A DNA stretch of 64,000 nucleotides. Source: a virus (Duplodnaviria > Caudoviricetes). The stretch is from IMG/VR virus record IMGVR_UViG_3300035498_000575, positions 38,417-102,416 of that record; one strand, written 5' to 3'. The notes beneath the pieces are model-generated. The model worked only from the letters and a program-made list of their open reading frames with translations, was not told the DNA's origin and searched no databases. Each line of letters begins with the position of its first letter. The first letter of the stretch is position 1. Shown here piece after piece: positions 38,617-47,690 of the stretch. The position numbers were made by a program, and so were the translations under genes.

Positions 38617-39789
38617 TTATGCGTTTTGTAAAATTAAATCGTCATATTGATACTTATAATTACTTCGTTCGCCGAATTCTATTTTAATATAATTGTTTGC
38701 ACCCTCTGAATTTTCTAATGTTAAGCCATATAGAACAGAGTTTGAGTTAGAGTCGCCGATTGCTAGATAATCCTTACCACCGTACTCAAAAATCAATCGA
38801 TTTGTCAATCCATCGTTAGAATAGATTTTATTAAATTGAATATCTCTCATTAACGCCTTACCCAATACAGATTCATTTATCTCAAATGAAGGATCTATAT
38901 GGCACGCTTCTGCTAAAGAGTCAAGTCCTATAGAATTAGCTGTGAATACATTTCTGCTAGTTGGTTCATCGACATGTATGAATGAACTTATTGATGGCAC
39001 TAATTTAGTATCAGGAACATCGTCAGTATTATAGTCAGAGATATCACTCACATCAGGTAAAGTAATAGATTTAACATTCTTTTCAGGAATACTTCTTATC
39101 TCACGCATTATTAGCGGGCATGTTTTACTGTAGTCAAATGATTTATCATCATTATTATTTAGAATTGCATCCACACCATCTCTATATAATCTAGACCCTA
39201 GTTCTGAGTTATGTTCTTCAGAATCAATATTCATACATAATATTACTGCCGCATAAAAATCTATTATAGCTTCTGTAGCCTCTTTACGTAATGGATCAGA
39301 ATATAATGGAGTGTCACAGTCATATTGTATTAAATGTGTCCTTTTTAGTAATGATATAGTTAGAGAACACAATGTACTTATATTATCAGGCTCTAATACC
39401 TTTTCATAAAGTCCTAGATTAATTATCTTAGTCATAGCGTCATGTATAAGCATTGCGGTAACAGGAGCGTCTGTATAATCCATCAATCTATACATAAAGC
39501 TATTAGCTGTTTGGATATCCTTATATAGTCCTTTGAAATTGCTCATACCTATAGTTTTAATTCTTTCATTAGAATTAGATAATTGCTCAGAATAAGAATT
39601 AAATCTAGCTTTGAATTGCTCAGCTATATACTTAAACATAAGGATTGGATGTGTGTGATGAAAAGTTCGTTCTATTAATATCCTAAATTGTTCTCTACCG
39701 TGTGTCATAAAAGAGAATTGTTTTTTCATAAAGCAATCCTTGAATGAACCCACAAATTCGTCACGCTTTTTATTAGATATGGTAAGCAT
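38617..39789 (-). CDS. Hypothetical protein
   Basis: 390-aa ORF with GGGGGT RBS, co-transcribed with the upstream gene. Confidence 0.7.
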   Translation of the reverse strand: MLTISNKKRDEFVGSFKDCFMKKQFSFMTHGREQFRILIERTFHHTHPILMFKYIAEQFKARFNSYSEQLSNSNERIKTIGMSNFKGLYKDIQTANSFMYRLMDYTDAPVTAMLIHDAMTKIINLGLYEKVLEPDNISTLCSLTISLLKRTHLIQYDCDTPLYSDPLRKEATEAIIDFYAAVILCMNIDSEEHNSELGSRLYRDGVDAILNNNDDKSFDYSKTCPLIMREIRSIPEKNVKSITLPDVSDISDYNTDDVPDTKLVPSISSFIHVDEPTSRNVFTANSIGLDSLAEACHIDPSFEINESVLGKALMRDIQFNKIYSNDGLTNRLIFEYGGKDYLAIGDSNSNSVLYGLTLENSEGANNYIKIEFGERSNYKYQYDDLILQNA

Positions 39790-39803
39790 AAACTATTACC
39801 CCC

Positions 39804-40574
39804 TTATATCATAATAGTAGGAGTGCTATCACCCCTGTTGAATTTTTCTTTAACAACGATGAGATAGTTCAAGAACATCTGATTATTTTTATTAACTATT
39901 TTTAGATAGTTGAAATTACTTTTGTTGCTTTTCATAACCTCATCCTTAAGCTTTTCTTTCACTTTGTCGACATCTTGTATTTTATGATGCATGTTAGGAT
40001 TATCCCCACCATCTTTTATCTCTATTTCTAGATTTAATGATGGTATAAAAAAGTCAGGGATATAGAAATGCTTTTTATTTTCGTATTCATAAAAATAAGT
40101 GTGAGGGCTAGGGCACATGACATCACTACTATCATAATTCATCATCAAATCCAAAAATTTCAAAAATGATAATTCATATGATCCTGTATATGTCTTTATG
40201 GATCCATCCGACCACTTATACGTACCACTTATTGACCTATTTGCAAGCATTTTCTTTTGCTGGTCAGGATCATCGAGAAGACAAACCTTACCATACTTTC
40301 CTATCATTCGATTTTTAAACATCTCTCTATATTTCTCTTTACATTTAGGATTATCACAGAATCTATGATATTTTAGTGTCTTTGCATTCCATTTAGTGGG
40401 CTTTTTGCATATAACACAAGAACCACATTTCTTTTTAGTTTTTAAATAATAGTAGAACTGACCTGCACACATATCATTAGGTATCTGATCCGCATGCTGT
40501 CTTTCTATATGATCTATGAGATTATCAGTTGACTTGAATGATTTGTCACATAATTTACATTTGCACTCACTCAT
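39804..40574 (-). CDS. C2H2 Zn-finger plus TnsA-like PD-(D/E)xK nuclease (possibly T4 gp4-like head completion)
   Basis: CKLC..HIERQH, CVIC..FCDNPKC, GSYE..F, YIPDFF...IEIK. Confidence 0.65.
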   Translation of the reverse strand: MSECKCKLCDKSFKSTDNLIDHIERQHADQIPNDMCAGQFYYYLKTKKKCGSCVICKKPTKWNAKTLKYHRFCDNPKCKEKYREMFKNRMIGKYGKVCLLDDPDQQKKMLANRSISGTYKWSDGSIKTYTGSYELSFLKFLDLMMNYDSSDVMCPSPHTYFYEYENKKHFYIPDFFIPSLNLEIEIKDGGDNPNMHHKIQDVDKVKEKLKDEVMKSNKSNFNYLKIVNKNNQMFLNYLIVVKEKFNRGDSTPTIMI

Positions 40575-40605
40575 AGCTATTATCTCCTTTCATCTTAATT
40601 CTATT

Positions 40606-40617
40606 TAAAAAAATGTT
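40606..40617 (-). promoter_or_regulatory. Late promoter AACA-N6-TA
   Basis: AACA-TTTTTT-TA on the minus strand. Confidence 0.6.
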
Positions 40618-40627
40618 TTTTATAATA

Positions 40628-40659
40628 AAAAAAGAAGGGTAGATCTACCCTTCTTTTTT
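40628..40659. terminator. Perfect 32-bp palindrome, terminator
   Basis: AAAAAAGAAGGGTAGA|TCTACCCTTCTTTTTT. Confidence 0.75.
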
Positions 40660-40662
40660 AAA

Positions 40663-41388
40663 TTAATCTTTTGTTTTATCACTGTGTGATATGCTATATG
40701 CAAGACTGCATAGGTTTTCATGTGCAGCAGCCGCGTAGAACTTCATGAACTTCTTGGCATCAACAGTCATCGCGTTCACTAGCAGGCTTTCCGTTGCACT
40801 TATTAACGAATTATGTTCATTGGTATAAGCCTCAATATCAGGCTTTAACTTATTCTTGAGTACATCAAGTACGTACTTGATGTCCTCGTATATTTCTTTT
40901 TTCTTTTCATAAGTATAAACAACACCGAGTATACTGGCTAAGGTCATCACCGATTGTGATAGGTCACGACGTGATGCTTCTGATTCTTTGTCTGATATTA
41001 GCTTACTACAACGTTTGCATTCTCTATCGGTTACCATAGTCCTAATAAGCTTTAATAGCTCACTAGCCGTGCGTGTGTGGTTCAGGATATCATCTTTATA
41101 TTTCTCTTGAATACCTCTGTACATTATGCTTATGGTTGAGTCGATAAGTACAGCGATAGGTTCTTCGAGGAACGAAGACTCACCTTTATCCATCTCTATG
41201 TCACGGCTCAAGCTTTCTAGCTCTTCTTTTATATATGAGTTAGATATCTTGGTGCGGTTTTCGATTAGCCAGTCTAAACTGTCAATTACGAATGTTAGTT
41301 GTGATGTGTCGACAAACATGTTCATACCCATATAGTTGTCAGTTCTCATCATGTTCTCATCCTGCGCGTTTACATTCATGTTATTCAT
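40663..41388 (-). CDS. Hypothetical early protein (helical)
   Basis: GGAGGT RBS; early motif upstream. Confidence 0.7.
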   Translation of the reverse strand: MNNMNVNAQDENMMRTDNYMGMNMFVDTSQLTFVIDSLDWLIENRTKISNSYIKEELESLSRDIEMDKGESSFLEEPIAVLIDSTISIMYRGIQEKYKDDILNHTRTASELLKLIRTMVTDRECKRCSKLISDKESEASRRDLSQSVMTLASILGVVYTYEKKKEIYEDIKYVLDVLKNKLKPDIEAYTNEHNSLISATESLLVNAMTVDAKKFMKFYAAAAHENLCSLAYSISHSDKTKD

Positions 41389-41432
41389 AAATTTACCTCC
41401 ATTTTGGTTATAGGTTTATTTTCTACCACAAC

Positions 41433-41446
41433 TATAATATATAACT
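41433..41446 (-). promoter_or_regulatory. Early-type promoter motif (1 mismatch)
   Basis: AGTTATATATTATA, 45 nt from the ATG. Confidence 0.65.
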
Positions 41447-41490
41447 GTTTTTTCTTTTGTAAAAATAATAAAGAAGGATAACATCCTTCT

Positions 41491-41937
41491 TTATTGCATA
41501 GTTCTTTGCTTTAACTTATATAGTAACTCTTTTCTCCAATATCTGACGAACTCGTCTATAGTTGATTGCATGCTCTCATCATCAATACATCTTCTGAGAT
41601 TAAGCAATACTTTTATGTATCTATTCGTTATTGATACCATTGCAACGTATGCATCCTCACTATAATATTCTTCCTCTGTCTCAAACTTCCAGCCAATTAT
41701 TGAAGCTGCAGTTGAAAAATTCTTAATCGGTCCATTGTGTTCTAGAGCAAACTCTGCCAAAGTATCTGCTTGTTCAGAAGCCGCACTATAGTATTCTTCA
41801 GCTATACTGTGTATTCTGTCGAATTGATCTCCACAAGCGTGAAGATGGATATACTTCATATCATTTGCTACAGCTATTGCTGCATACGCGGCATACGCAC
41901 TTTTTAATCCAGTTCTGTCAATTATAGTTTCATCCAT
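41491..41937 (-). CDS. Dps/ferritin-like protein
   Basis: HLHACGDQFDRIH..AEEYY......DTLAE fits the Dps pattern HWNxxGxxFxxxH...E..Y...D.xAE; 148 aa. Confidence 0.75.
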   Translation of the reverse strand: MDETIIDRTGLKSAYAAYAAIAVANDMKYIHLHACGDQFDRIHSIAEEYYSAASEQADTLAEFALEHNGPIKNFSTAASIIGWKFETEEEYYSEDAYVAMVSITNRYIKVLLNLRRCIDDESMQSTIDEFVRYWRKELLYKLKQRTMQ

Positions 41938-41962
41938 TTTTATATCACTCCATTCGAATTAT

Positions 41963-41974
41963 TATAAAAGTGTT
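41963..41974 (-). promoter_or_regulatory. Late promoter AACA-N6-TA
   Basis: AACA-CTTTTA-TA on the minus strand. Confidence 0.65.
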
Positions 41975-41997
41975 GGCACATATTTGATGGTGATGAA

Positions 41998-42009
41998 AAC
42001 AATTTTATA
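41998..42009 (+). promoter_or_regulatory. Late promoter AACA-N6-TA
   Basis: AACA-ATTTTA-TA. Confidence 0.65.
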
Positions 42010-42036
42010 ATTAAAAATTAATCATGGAGGTAAAGT

Positions 42037-43098
42037 ATGAAATATACGGATTTATCGGTAGACGAATATGCTGATTTCGAGAAAATATTCATTATACCGT
42101 TAATTAAATACGAAGAACTTATTTCGATAATAACCGAAAGGACAGATATAGAGCGAGGCGATACAGTAGATGTATATATAAATTTAGATTCCGTATTTTC
42201 TAATATAGCACAGTCGACACAATATAATCAAGATTATGCAAATAATAAATCCTTCGAGAGATATTGTGTTAGTGGGATATTAAATATAATCTCTCATTAT
42301 AGAAGATTCTTCATTAATTCTGATGTGTATGCGAGAATTTCTCTTTATGCAAGTAAAACGATACAGTCTGATTCAAAATTATTGGATGCTATATACACAC
42401 GAGTATTACCTATAGTATCCGATATATGTAGATATTTAGCAGATATAAATATATATGTCTCGGATGTTGATGTTATGCTGATGCCATATATAATAAATAA
42501 CTACGTATACAATAAATCTGATAATTTCAAATTGATAATTAGCAACGATCCATTAGATGACGTGTACTATCTAGCATCGAAAACGATAAAGTTGAAATAT
42601 AAGAAACGAAATAATAGAAGAGTCATATATTCAGACATAGATTCTATACTGATTGATGAATACAAAATAAAGGACGAATTTCATTATATATATCATAATA
42701 GTTTTTACTTATCGCTTTTAATTGGTGTAAAAGGAGCATTAACAATAAATAGACGTTATGAAAAAATATTCGGTTACGGATCCGCATCATTGACAAAACA
42801 ATTAAAACGCGGGCTAGATGATCGTATGATTACGATGAATACTAAATCGATAGCAGTTTTAAAACAGATTTTCCCTGATGACAAAAAGGATGCTATATCT
42901 GAAATTGCAAAGAACTGTGATTTGAAATATAAACTTATGCGTTTGACACCCAGTGATATAAATAATATTATACACCAGAATATAAACTTATTTGATACAG
43001 AGGGTCTTAAAGAATTAGATAGTAGGGTATTCAAAGACTATCCAATTTCATTAGATGATTTGACAAGACTTCCTCGTTTTAAACATGCAATGAAATAG
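42037..43098 (+). CDS. Hypothetical protein, possibly a degenerate PIN/5'-3' exonuclease fold
   Basis: VYINLDSVF, LIISNDPLD, KIFGYG are weakly FEN-like; GGAGG RBS. Confidence 0.5.
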   Translation: MKYTDLSVDEYADFEKIFIIPLIKYEELISIITERTDIERGDTVDVYINLDSVFSNIAQSTQYNQDYANNKSFERYCVSGILNIISHYRRFFINSDVYARISLYASKTIQSDSKLLDAIYTRVLPIVSDICRYLADINIYVSDVDVMLMPYIINNYVYNKSDNFKLIISNDPLDDVYYLASKTIKLKYKKRNNRRVIYSDIDSILIDEYKIKDEFHYIYHNSFYLSLLIGVKGALTINRRYEKIFGYGSASLTKQLKRGLDDRMITMNTKSIAVLKQIFPDDKKDAISEIAKNCDLKYKLMRLTPSDINNIIHQNINLFDTEGLKELDSRVFKDYPISLDDLTRLPRFKHAMK

Positions 43099-43119
43099 AG
43101 ACTTAGTCTCTATTTCATT
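43089..43119 (+). terminator. Hairpin terminator
   Basis: AATGAAATAGAGACT-t-AGTCTCTATTTCATT followed by a T tract. Confidence 0.7.
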
Positions 43120-43134
43120 TTTTAACGCTTATCT

Positions 43135-43146
43135 AACAATATAATA
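43135..43146 (+). promoter_or_regulatory. Late promoter AACA-N6-TA
   Basis: AACA-ATATAA-TA. Confidence 0.65.
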
Positions 43147-43170
43147 ATAATTTATTGGAGGTATTTTAAA

Positions 43171-44394
43171 ATGGAAAGCAATTTAATTAAAAACTTAAGA
43201 AGCAACCCTGACAATGATGATTTATTTGACTGTAACGCTACAGTAATATCATACAAGACAGGTATTCCTGTATTAGATTATTATATAGGATATTATGTCA
43301 ATGTGTATGATGAGAATGACAACCTCGTTGACCAATATCCAAGTCTAGGTATTGCGGCTGGTTCTAATAACACGTTTGTTGGAAAACCATCTACTGGTAA
43401 GACAACAGCGGCTATCGGAATAGCAGCGAATATAGTTAGACCTTTTAATAACGGATTAGTTATACATTATGATTTGGAACAAGCAACAAGTTATACGCGT
43501 GTAGCAAACGTTACGAAATTTAATCGTACAGAATTATACAATAAGTATATTCTAAGACAAGAGAAGACATCATTGGAGGAGATCAAACTTTCAATTATGC
43601 ATCTATATAAAGAAAAGATGGATAATATTAAAGATTACTTATACGATACTGGTAAGAGGAACGAATTTAATGAACCTATTATCATTCCTGAACCTACAGT
43701 TGTAATTATTGACTCATTAGCTACATTAAGCAATTATATCAATTATGATACAAAAGACGGTTCAAAGAGGGCTGATACTATAGGTACACAGACTGAGGTT
43801 ATGAGATTCGCTGGAGAACTTGGTAGATTCTACAAAGAATTATTACCATGCTTAAGAACGGCTAATATAATCATAATTGCGATAAACCAATTAAGAGACG
43901 CACCTCAATTAGCTATTCCAAAGCCTGCTGAAATTTTAGGTATGAAGCAAGATGAAGCTACCCCCGGTGGTAAAGCTCCTAAATTTTATGCACATACATT
44001 CTTAAAATTTGAATCTATAGGTAAGGACAAGTTCACAAAAGATGTAGACGGTTTCTCAGGATTTGCTACAAATGTAACTATCATTAAGGCTAGAACAAAC
44101 TCTGCGTTAAGACAATTTAAATTAATATACGATACAGAAAAAGGTATGGACTCAGTTAGATCATCAGTCGAATATGCAAAAGATAATGGTCTTTTAGGTG
44201 GTAATAAAAACGGTTATTATTTCTTGGATCACAAGGACCAGAAGTTCACAAGAGAAAACATGCTCAAAGACTTTAGAGAAAACAGAGAACTATACAAAAT
44301 CATGTATAGTACAATTACACCATTACTTGAGGAAGTTCTATCAAAAGTAGAGGAAGAAGATAAAGTAGTTTGTCCAGAGGAAATGGATTATTAA
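43171..44394 (+). CDS. RecA/UvsX-like recombinase
   Basis: Walker A GKPSTGKTT, YDLE, Walker B VVIIDSL, INQLR, PGGKAPKFYA. Confidence 0.9.
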   Translation: MESNLIKNLRSNPDNDDLFDCNATVISYKTGIPVLDYYIGYYVNVYDENDNLVDQYPSLGIAAGSNNTFVGKPSTGKTTAAIGIAANIVRPFNNGLVIHYDLEQATSYTRVANVTKFNRTELYNKYILRQEKTSLEEIKLSIMHLYKEKMDNIKDYLYDTGKRNEFNEPIIIPEPTVVIIDSLATLSNYINYDTKDGSKRADTIGTQTEVMRFAGELGRFYKELLPCLRTANIIIIAINQLRDAPQLAIPKPAEILGMKQDEATPGGKAPKFYAHTFLKFESIGKDKFTKDVDGFSGFATNVTIIKARTNSALRQFKLIYDTEKGMDSVRSSVEYAKDNGLLGGNKNGYYFLDHKDQKFTRENMLKDFRENRELYKIMYSTITPLLEEVLSKVEEEDKVVCPEEMDY

Positions 44395-44396
44395 AT

Positions 44397-44436
44397 AATA
44401 TAAGAAGAACATGGATATCCATGTTCTTCTTATATT
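44397..44436. terminator. Perfect 40-bp palindrome between convergent genes
   Basis: AATATAAGAAGAACATGGAT|ATCCATGTTCTTCTTATATT. Confidence 0.8.
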
Positions 44437-45939
44437 TTAGTCATCTATTTGTTCTTCACCTGTAATGAAATCATCCTCACTTGAAGTATTATCAGTTTCG
44501 GTGTTCTCCTCAGGTAAACTTGTATCTAATTCGTCGTTCTCATCGGTGGTGTCAGTTACGGATGAATCTACATTGTTATCAGTATTATCATCAGTATCAC
44601 CATTATCGGATGGTACATCATCTTTATCAACATACAAACATCCATCACTTACAACACAATCATCAAATAAGCTATGTGGCTTCTTAGGTTTAAAAGGCTT
44701 TGGTGGTTGTGGATGTGTAGGTTTATGTGCTGCGCAGTTTGAGTCACAACTACATTCCTTACTAGGCTCAATTGAAGTAGATGGTCGGTTGTCGTTTAAT
44801 ATCTCTAGTATCTCTCTATCGTCTGCTACTTGTATGAAATCGTCAAGTATAATTGTAATTTCAAGAGACACCTTGTCGACATGTTGACTGAATGTTGAGT
44901 TGTAGTTAAGCTCAGAACCATCCTGTTCAAAGATTACTACACGACCGCAATCATACTCACCAACTCTTCTATACCTGTATTCATTTTGCTTTGGTCTTGG
45001 TCGTTTGTACCTACTTACCATATCTGGTTCTGGATCAAAACGTTCATCAAATCTTAATTCTGGTTTTGGATACTTCTTACCAGCTGGAATATTCTTAGGA
45101 TGCATAGGATGGTTTGGATCTGGTTCAGGCATATATCTATCAACCATAGGTAGAGGTCCGGGGATATAATCCATTCTTGGGTCATAATCTTGGATGTATT
45201 TAGTCCTTCCCATCTCGGGGAACATTGGTGGTTCCATATATGCTTCTGGAGAATATTCATTAGCCATAGAAGGTAGTGGTTCACATTGATGAGGATATCT
45301 GTCGTAATAATATCTAGGATCAGTGATGAGATCACTATGTCGTATGGCCGGTCTACGCTTTGTAGCATGACACTTATTTATTTCAGAATCAATAAAATGA
45401 TCATATGTATTACCAAGAACTTGGATGCTTAAAATCTTGAACTCAAGAGGATACTGATTTGAAATCTTCTTTATACCATATGCACCCTTTTCAGTAATAG
45501 GAATAGTCACGTTACCCTTAAGCATCTTACCAAAAGTATATGTCAATTCATTATCTTTATCAGTTATAGTCTTTGTCATTTTTGTATTAAATACGTCTGC
45601 ATCGACTCTTAGTTCACCAGAACTTACAATCTTACCACTAGCATCATAAACAGCATATTTAACAGCTAATTCGAGATCCGGATTAATTGTTTCAAGTTCA
45701 GTAATATTCATAGCTTTTAAATAATCTTTGAAATCTTGATATCTCTCATCATTATATGAACTTTCAAAAACTTCATTATTTAAAAGAATTTCAAATGAAC
45801 CAATCTTATCAGCATTATAATACGTTGCTATAACTCCAGTCTTTTTCTTTACGATATCATAATCAATAAGCTTTACTGGTTGGTTATAAGATTTGAAAGC
45901 ATAGTATGAATCGTTTGCAAATCCGAATAATTGTTTCAT
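44437..45939 (-). CDS. Hypothetical late protein with a Pro-rich insert and acidic tail
   Basis: 500-aa ORF coupled to the upstream gene. Confidence 0.7.
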   Translation of the reverse strand: MKQLFGFANDSYYAFKSYNQPVKLIDYDIVKKKTGVIATYYNADKIGSFEILLNNEVFESSYNDERYQDFKDYLKAMNITELETINPDLELAVKYAVYDASGKIVSSGELRVDADVFNTKMTKTITDKDNELTYTFGKMLKGNVTIPITEKGAYGIKKISNQYPLEFKILSIQVLGNTYDHFIDSEINKCHATKRRPAIRHSDLITDPRYYYDRYPHQCEPLPSMANEYSPEAYMEPPMFPEMGRTKYIQDYDPRMDYIPGPLPMVDRYMPEPDPNHPMHPKNIPAGKKYPKPELRFDERFDPEPDMVSRYKRPRPKQNEYRYRRVGEYDCGRVVIFEQDGSELNYNSTFSQHVDKVSLEITIILDDFIQVADDREILEILNDNRPSTSIEPSKECSCDSNCAAHKPTHPQPPKPFKPKKPHSLFDDCVVSDGCLYVDKDDVPSDNGDTDDNTDNNVDSSVTDTTDENDELDTSLPEENTETDNTSSEDDFITGEEQIDD

Positions 45940-45941
45940 AC

Positions 45942-46469
45942 TTACTCATCTCCTTCATTTTCTTTTTCTTTATTTTTGTCATTCCCATACACCAACTTAT
46001 ACAATTCAACTACTTCTAATAGTTTCTGAAGTATCTCCTTGTTATATTCGTTGGCTTCTTCCGTGTTGTTCATTGTACGTTCTCCTTGGCTGTATACTTT
46101 ATTTAATAAAGCATAAATTTCTTCTAAGTCTTTTCTGGTCTCCGCTAAAGATACTCTTTCAACTATCATACTTTCATTCATTGACACTAATGATGTGTTA
46201 ATGTTATTTAGTTGCTCTACCTGTTTAGTCTGTACTTCAGTAACTAGAGTATACATTTGCTTATTACGTTCCATCTCCTGTGTTTTCTCCTGTTTGAGTA
46301 GATCAAGTTCAACCTTTGCACGGTCTGCTCTGATCTTATTCTCTTTCTTATCATTCTCAAATTTTACACTGATGATATACTTGTAAACTAACCATATCAC
46401 TACAGCCGATATCACTACACCAAGTCCTAAATTAGCCAATGTTGTACCAATATCTTGAATATTATCCAT
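45942..46469 (-). CDS. Single-TM coiled-coil protein, possibly BhlA/UviB-like holin
   Basis: N-terminal TM LANLGLGVVISAVVIWLVY followed by a coiled coil. Confidence 0.5.
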   Translation of the reverse strand: MDNIQDIGTTLANLGLGVVISAVVIWLVYKYIISVKFENDKKENKIRADRAKVELDLLKQEKTQEMERNKQMYTLVTEVQTKQVEQLNNINTSLVSMNESMIVERVSLAETRKDLEEIYALLNKVYSQGERTMNNTEEANEYNKEILQKLLEVVELYKLVYGNDKNKEKENEGDE

Positions 46470-46490
46470 AATATCACCCCTTTATATTTT

Positions 46491-47576
46491 TTATAAACGT
46501 GATAACTCTACATAATAAGAATTACAACCTTTAGTGTTTTTAATCATATCACCTAAAGCTGTTTGATTGACTAGAAAACTTCCTGTTAGTGTAGCGGATA
46601 TTACATAAAACATCATGGGGAGATAATCTAATGCTAAAACCGTACTAGGGTTATAAGTATTCATAAATCTCTCCATAAAGAATCTTGTTGATAGTTTAGC
46701 TAAACGTGGTGATTGGGTAGAAAGAAATTCTATTAATTGTGGAAATTCCTTTATGCTCTTAGAATTATACTCTGCAACTAAGTTATCAATTCCGGCTAAT
46801 CCGATATTATATGATTGGCCTACTTTTTCTTGCGTAATATTGTATGCATATGATACAGCCATTTCCTTATCGATTCCCCATATGTTTACAAGGAAGAAAT
46901 AAGCAACAGTAAACACTGCTCTTGCATAAATATCACGCATTAATGAAATTGAATAATCTTTATTTATTGCTCTCACTATCATTTCTGTATACACAGATGC
47001 CACAAACTTCATCAAATTTGAGTTACGTGAAAGTTTTAAACCATCAGTAGAAAGTTTGAGAGCCACATATGCAGATTCCATTAGAGCATATAAATTCTTA
47101 ATGGGAATAGATAAATTATCACCTGTTTGATTCAAGTTTCCGAATGTAGAAACGAATACGGTTGCAACTATTCTACTTCCGTTTCGCCTAATGATAAATG
47201 GAAATACTACAGATGCTGGGATTTCTTTAGAATATGCAAGTTCTATTAATCCATTATCATATGCTTCCATTACGATTTTGTTTAATGGTGATGAAGCCAT
47301 TCTCTTTAATTGAATATATTGCTCAGGTATGTTATCCTGCTTTAAGAATATTGCTGTACCTAACAGCTTGGTAAACATAGTAATGACATCATGATTATTA
47401 CTATTCATTACCTTATAAACATAAGAAGATTCCATAGAAGAGGCCTCCAGCATATACGAGCTTGTATTTTTATATTCGTAGTGCTTGCCTAAATATGATA
47501 TAGCGAAGTTACCATCTTCATGTAGATCAGCAGCTTCCGTAATCAGAGCTTCTATTTTAAATCTATCCATTGCCAT
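46491..47576 (-). CDS. Putative virion protein
   Basis: 361 aa with ITEA/MLEA/SMES sites; late promoter upstream. Confidence 0.55.
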   Translation of the reverse strand: MAMDRFKIEALITEAADLHEDGNFAISYLGKHYEYKNTSSYMLEASSMESSYVYKVMNSNNHDVITMFTKLLGTAIFLKQDNIPEQYIQLKRMASSPLNKIVMEAYDNGLIELAYSKEIPASVVFPFIIRRNGSRIVATVFVSTFGNLNQTGDNLSIPIKNLYALMESAYVALKLSTDGLKLSRNSNLMKFVASVYTEMIVRAINKDYSISLMRDIYARAVFTVAYFFLVNIWGIDKEMAVSYAYNITQEKVGQSYNIGLAGIDNLVAEYNSKSIKEFPQLIEFLSTQSPRLAKLSTRFFMERFMNTYNPSTVLALDYLPMMFYVISATLTGSFLVNQTALGDMIKNTKGCNSYYVELSRL

Positions 47577-47609
47577 TTATTCATCATCCTTTCTATTTTG
47601 TATTCAATT

Positions 47610-47621
47610 TAATTAATTGTT
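47610..47621 (-). promoter_or_regulatory. Late promoter AACA-N6-TA
   Basis: AACA-ATTAAT-TA on the minus strand. Confidence 0.65.
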
Positions 47622-47646
47622 TGTATGGAGCTGTTTTGGAACCCAG

Positions 47647-47658
47647 AACATACCAGTA
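47647..47658 (+). promoter_or_regulatory. Late promoter AACA-N6-TA
   Basis: AACA-TACCAG-TA. Confidence 0.65.
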
Positions 47659-47690
47659 ATAATATAAATTAACTGAAAGGAGTTATAAAG

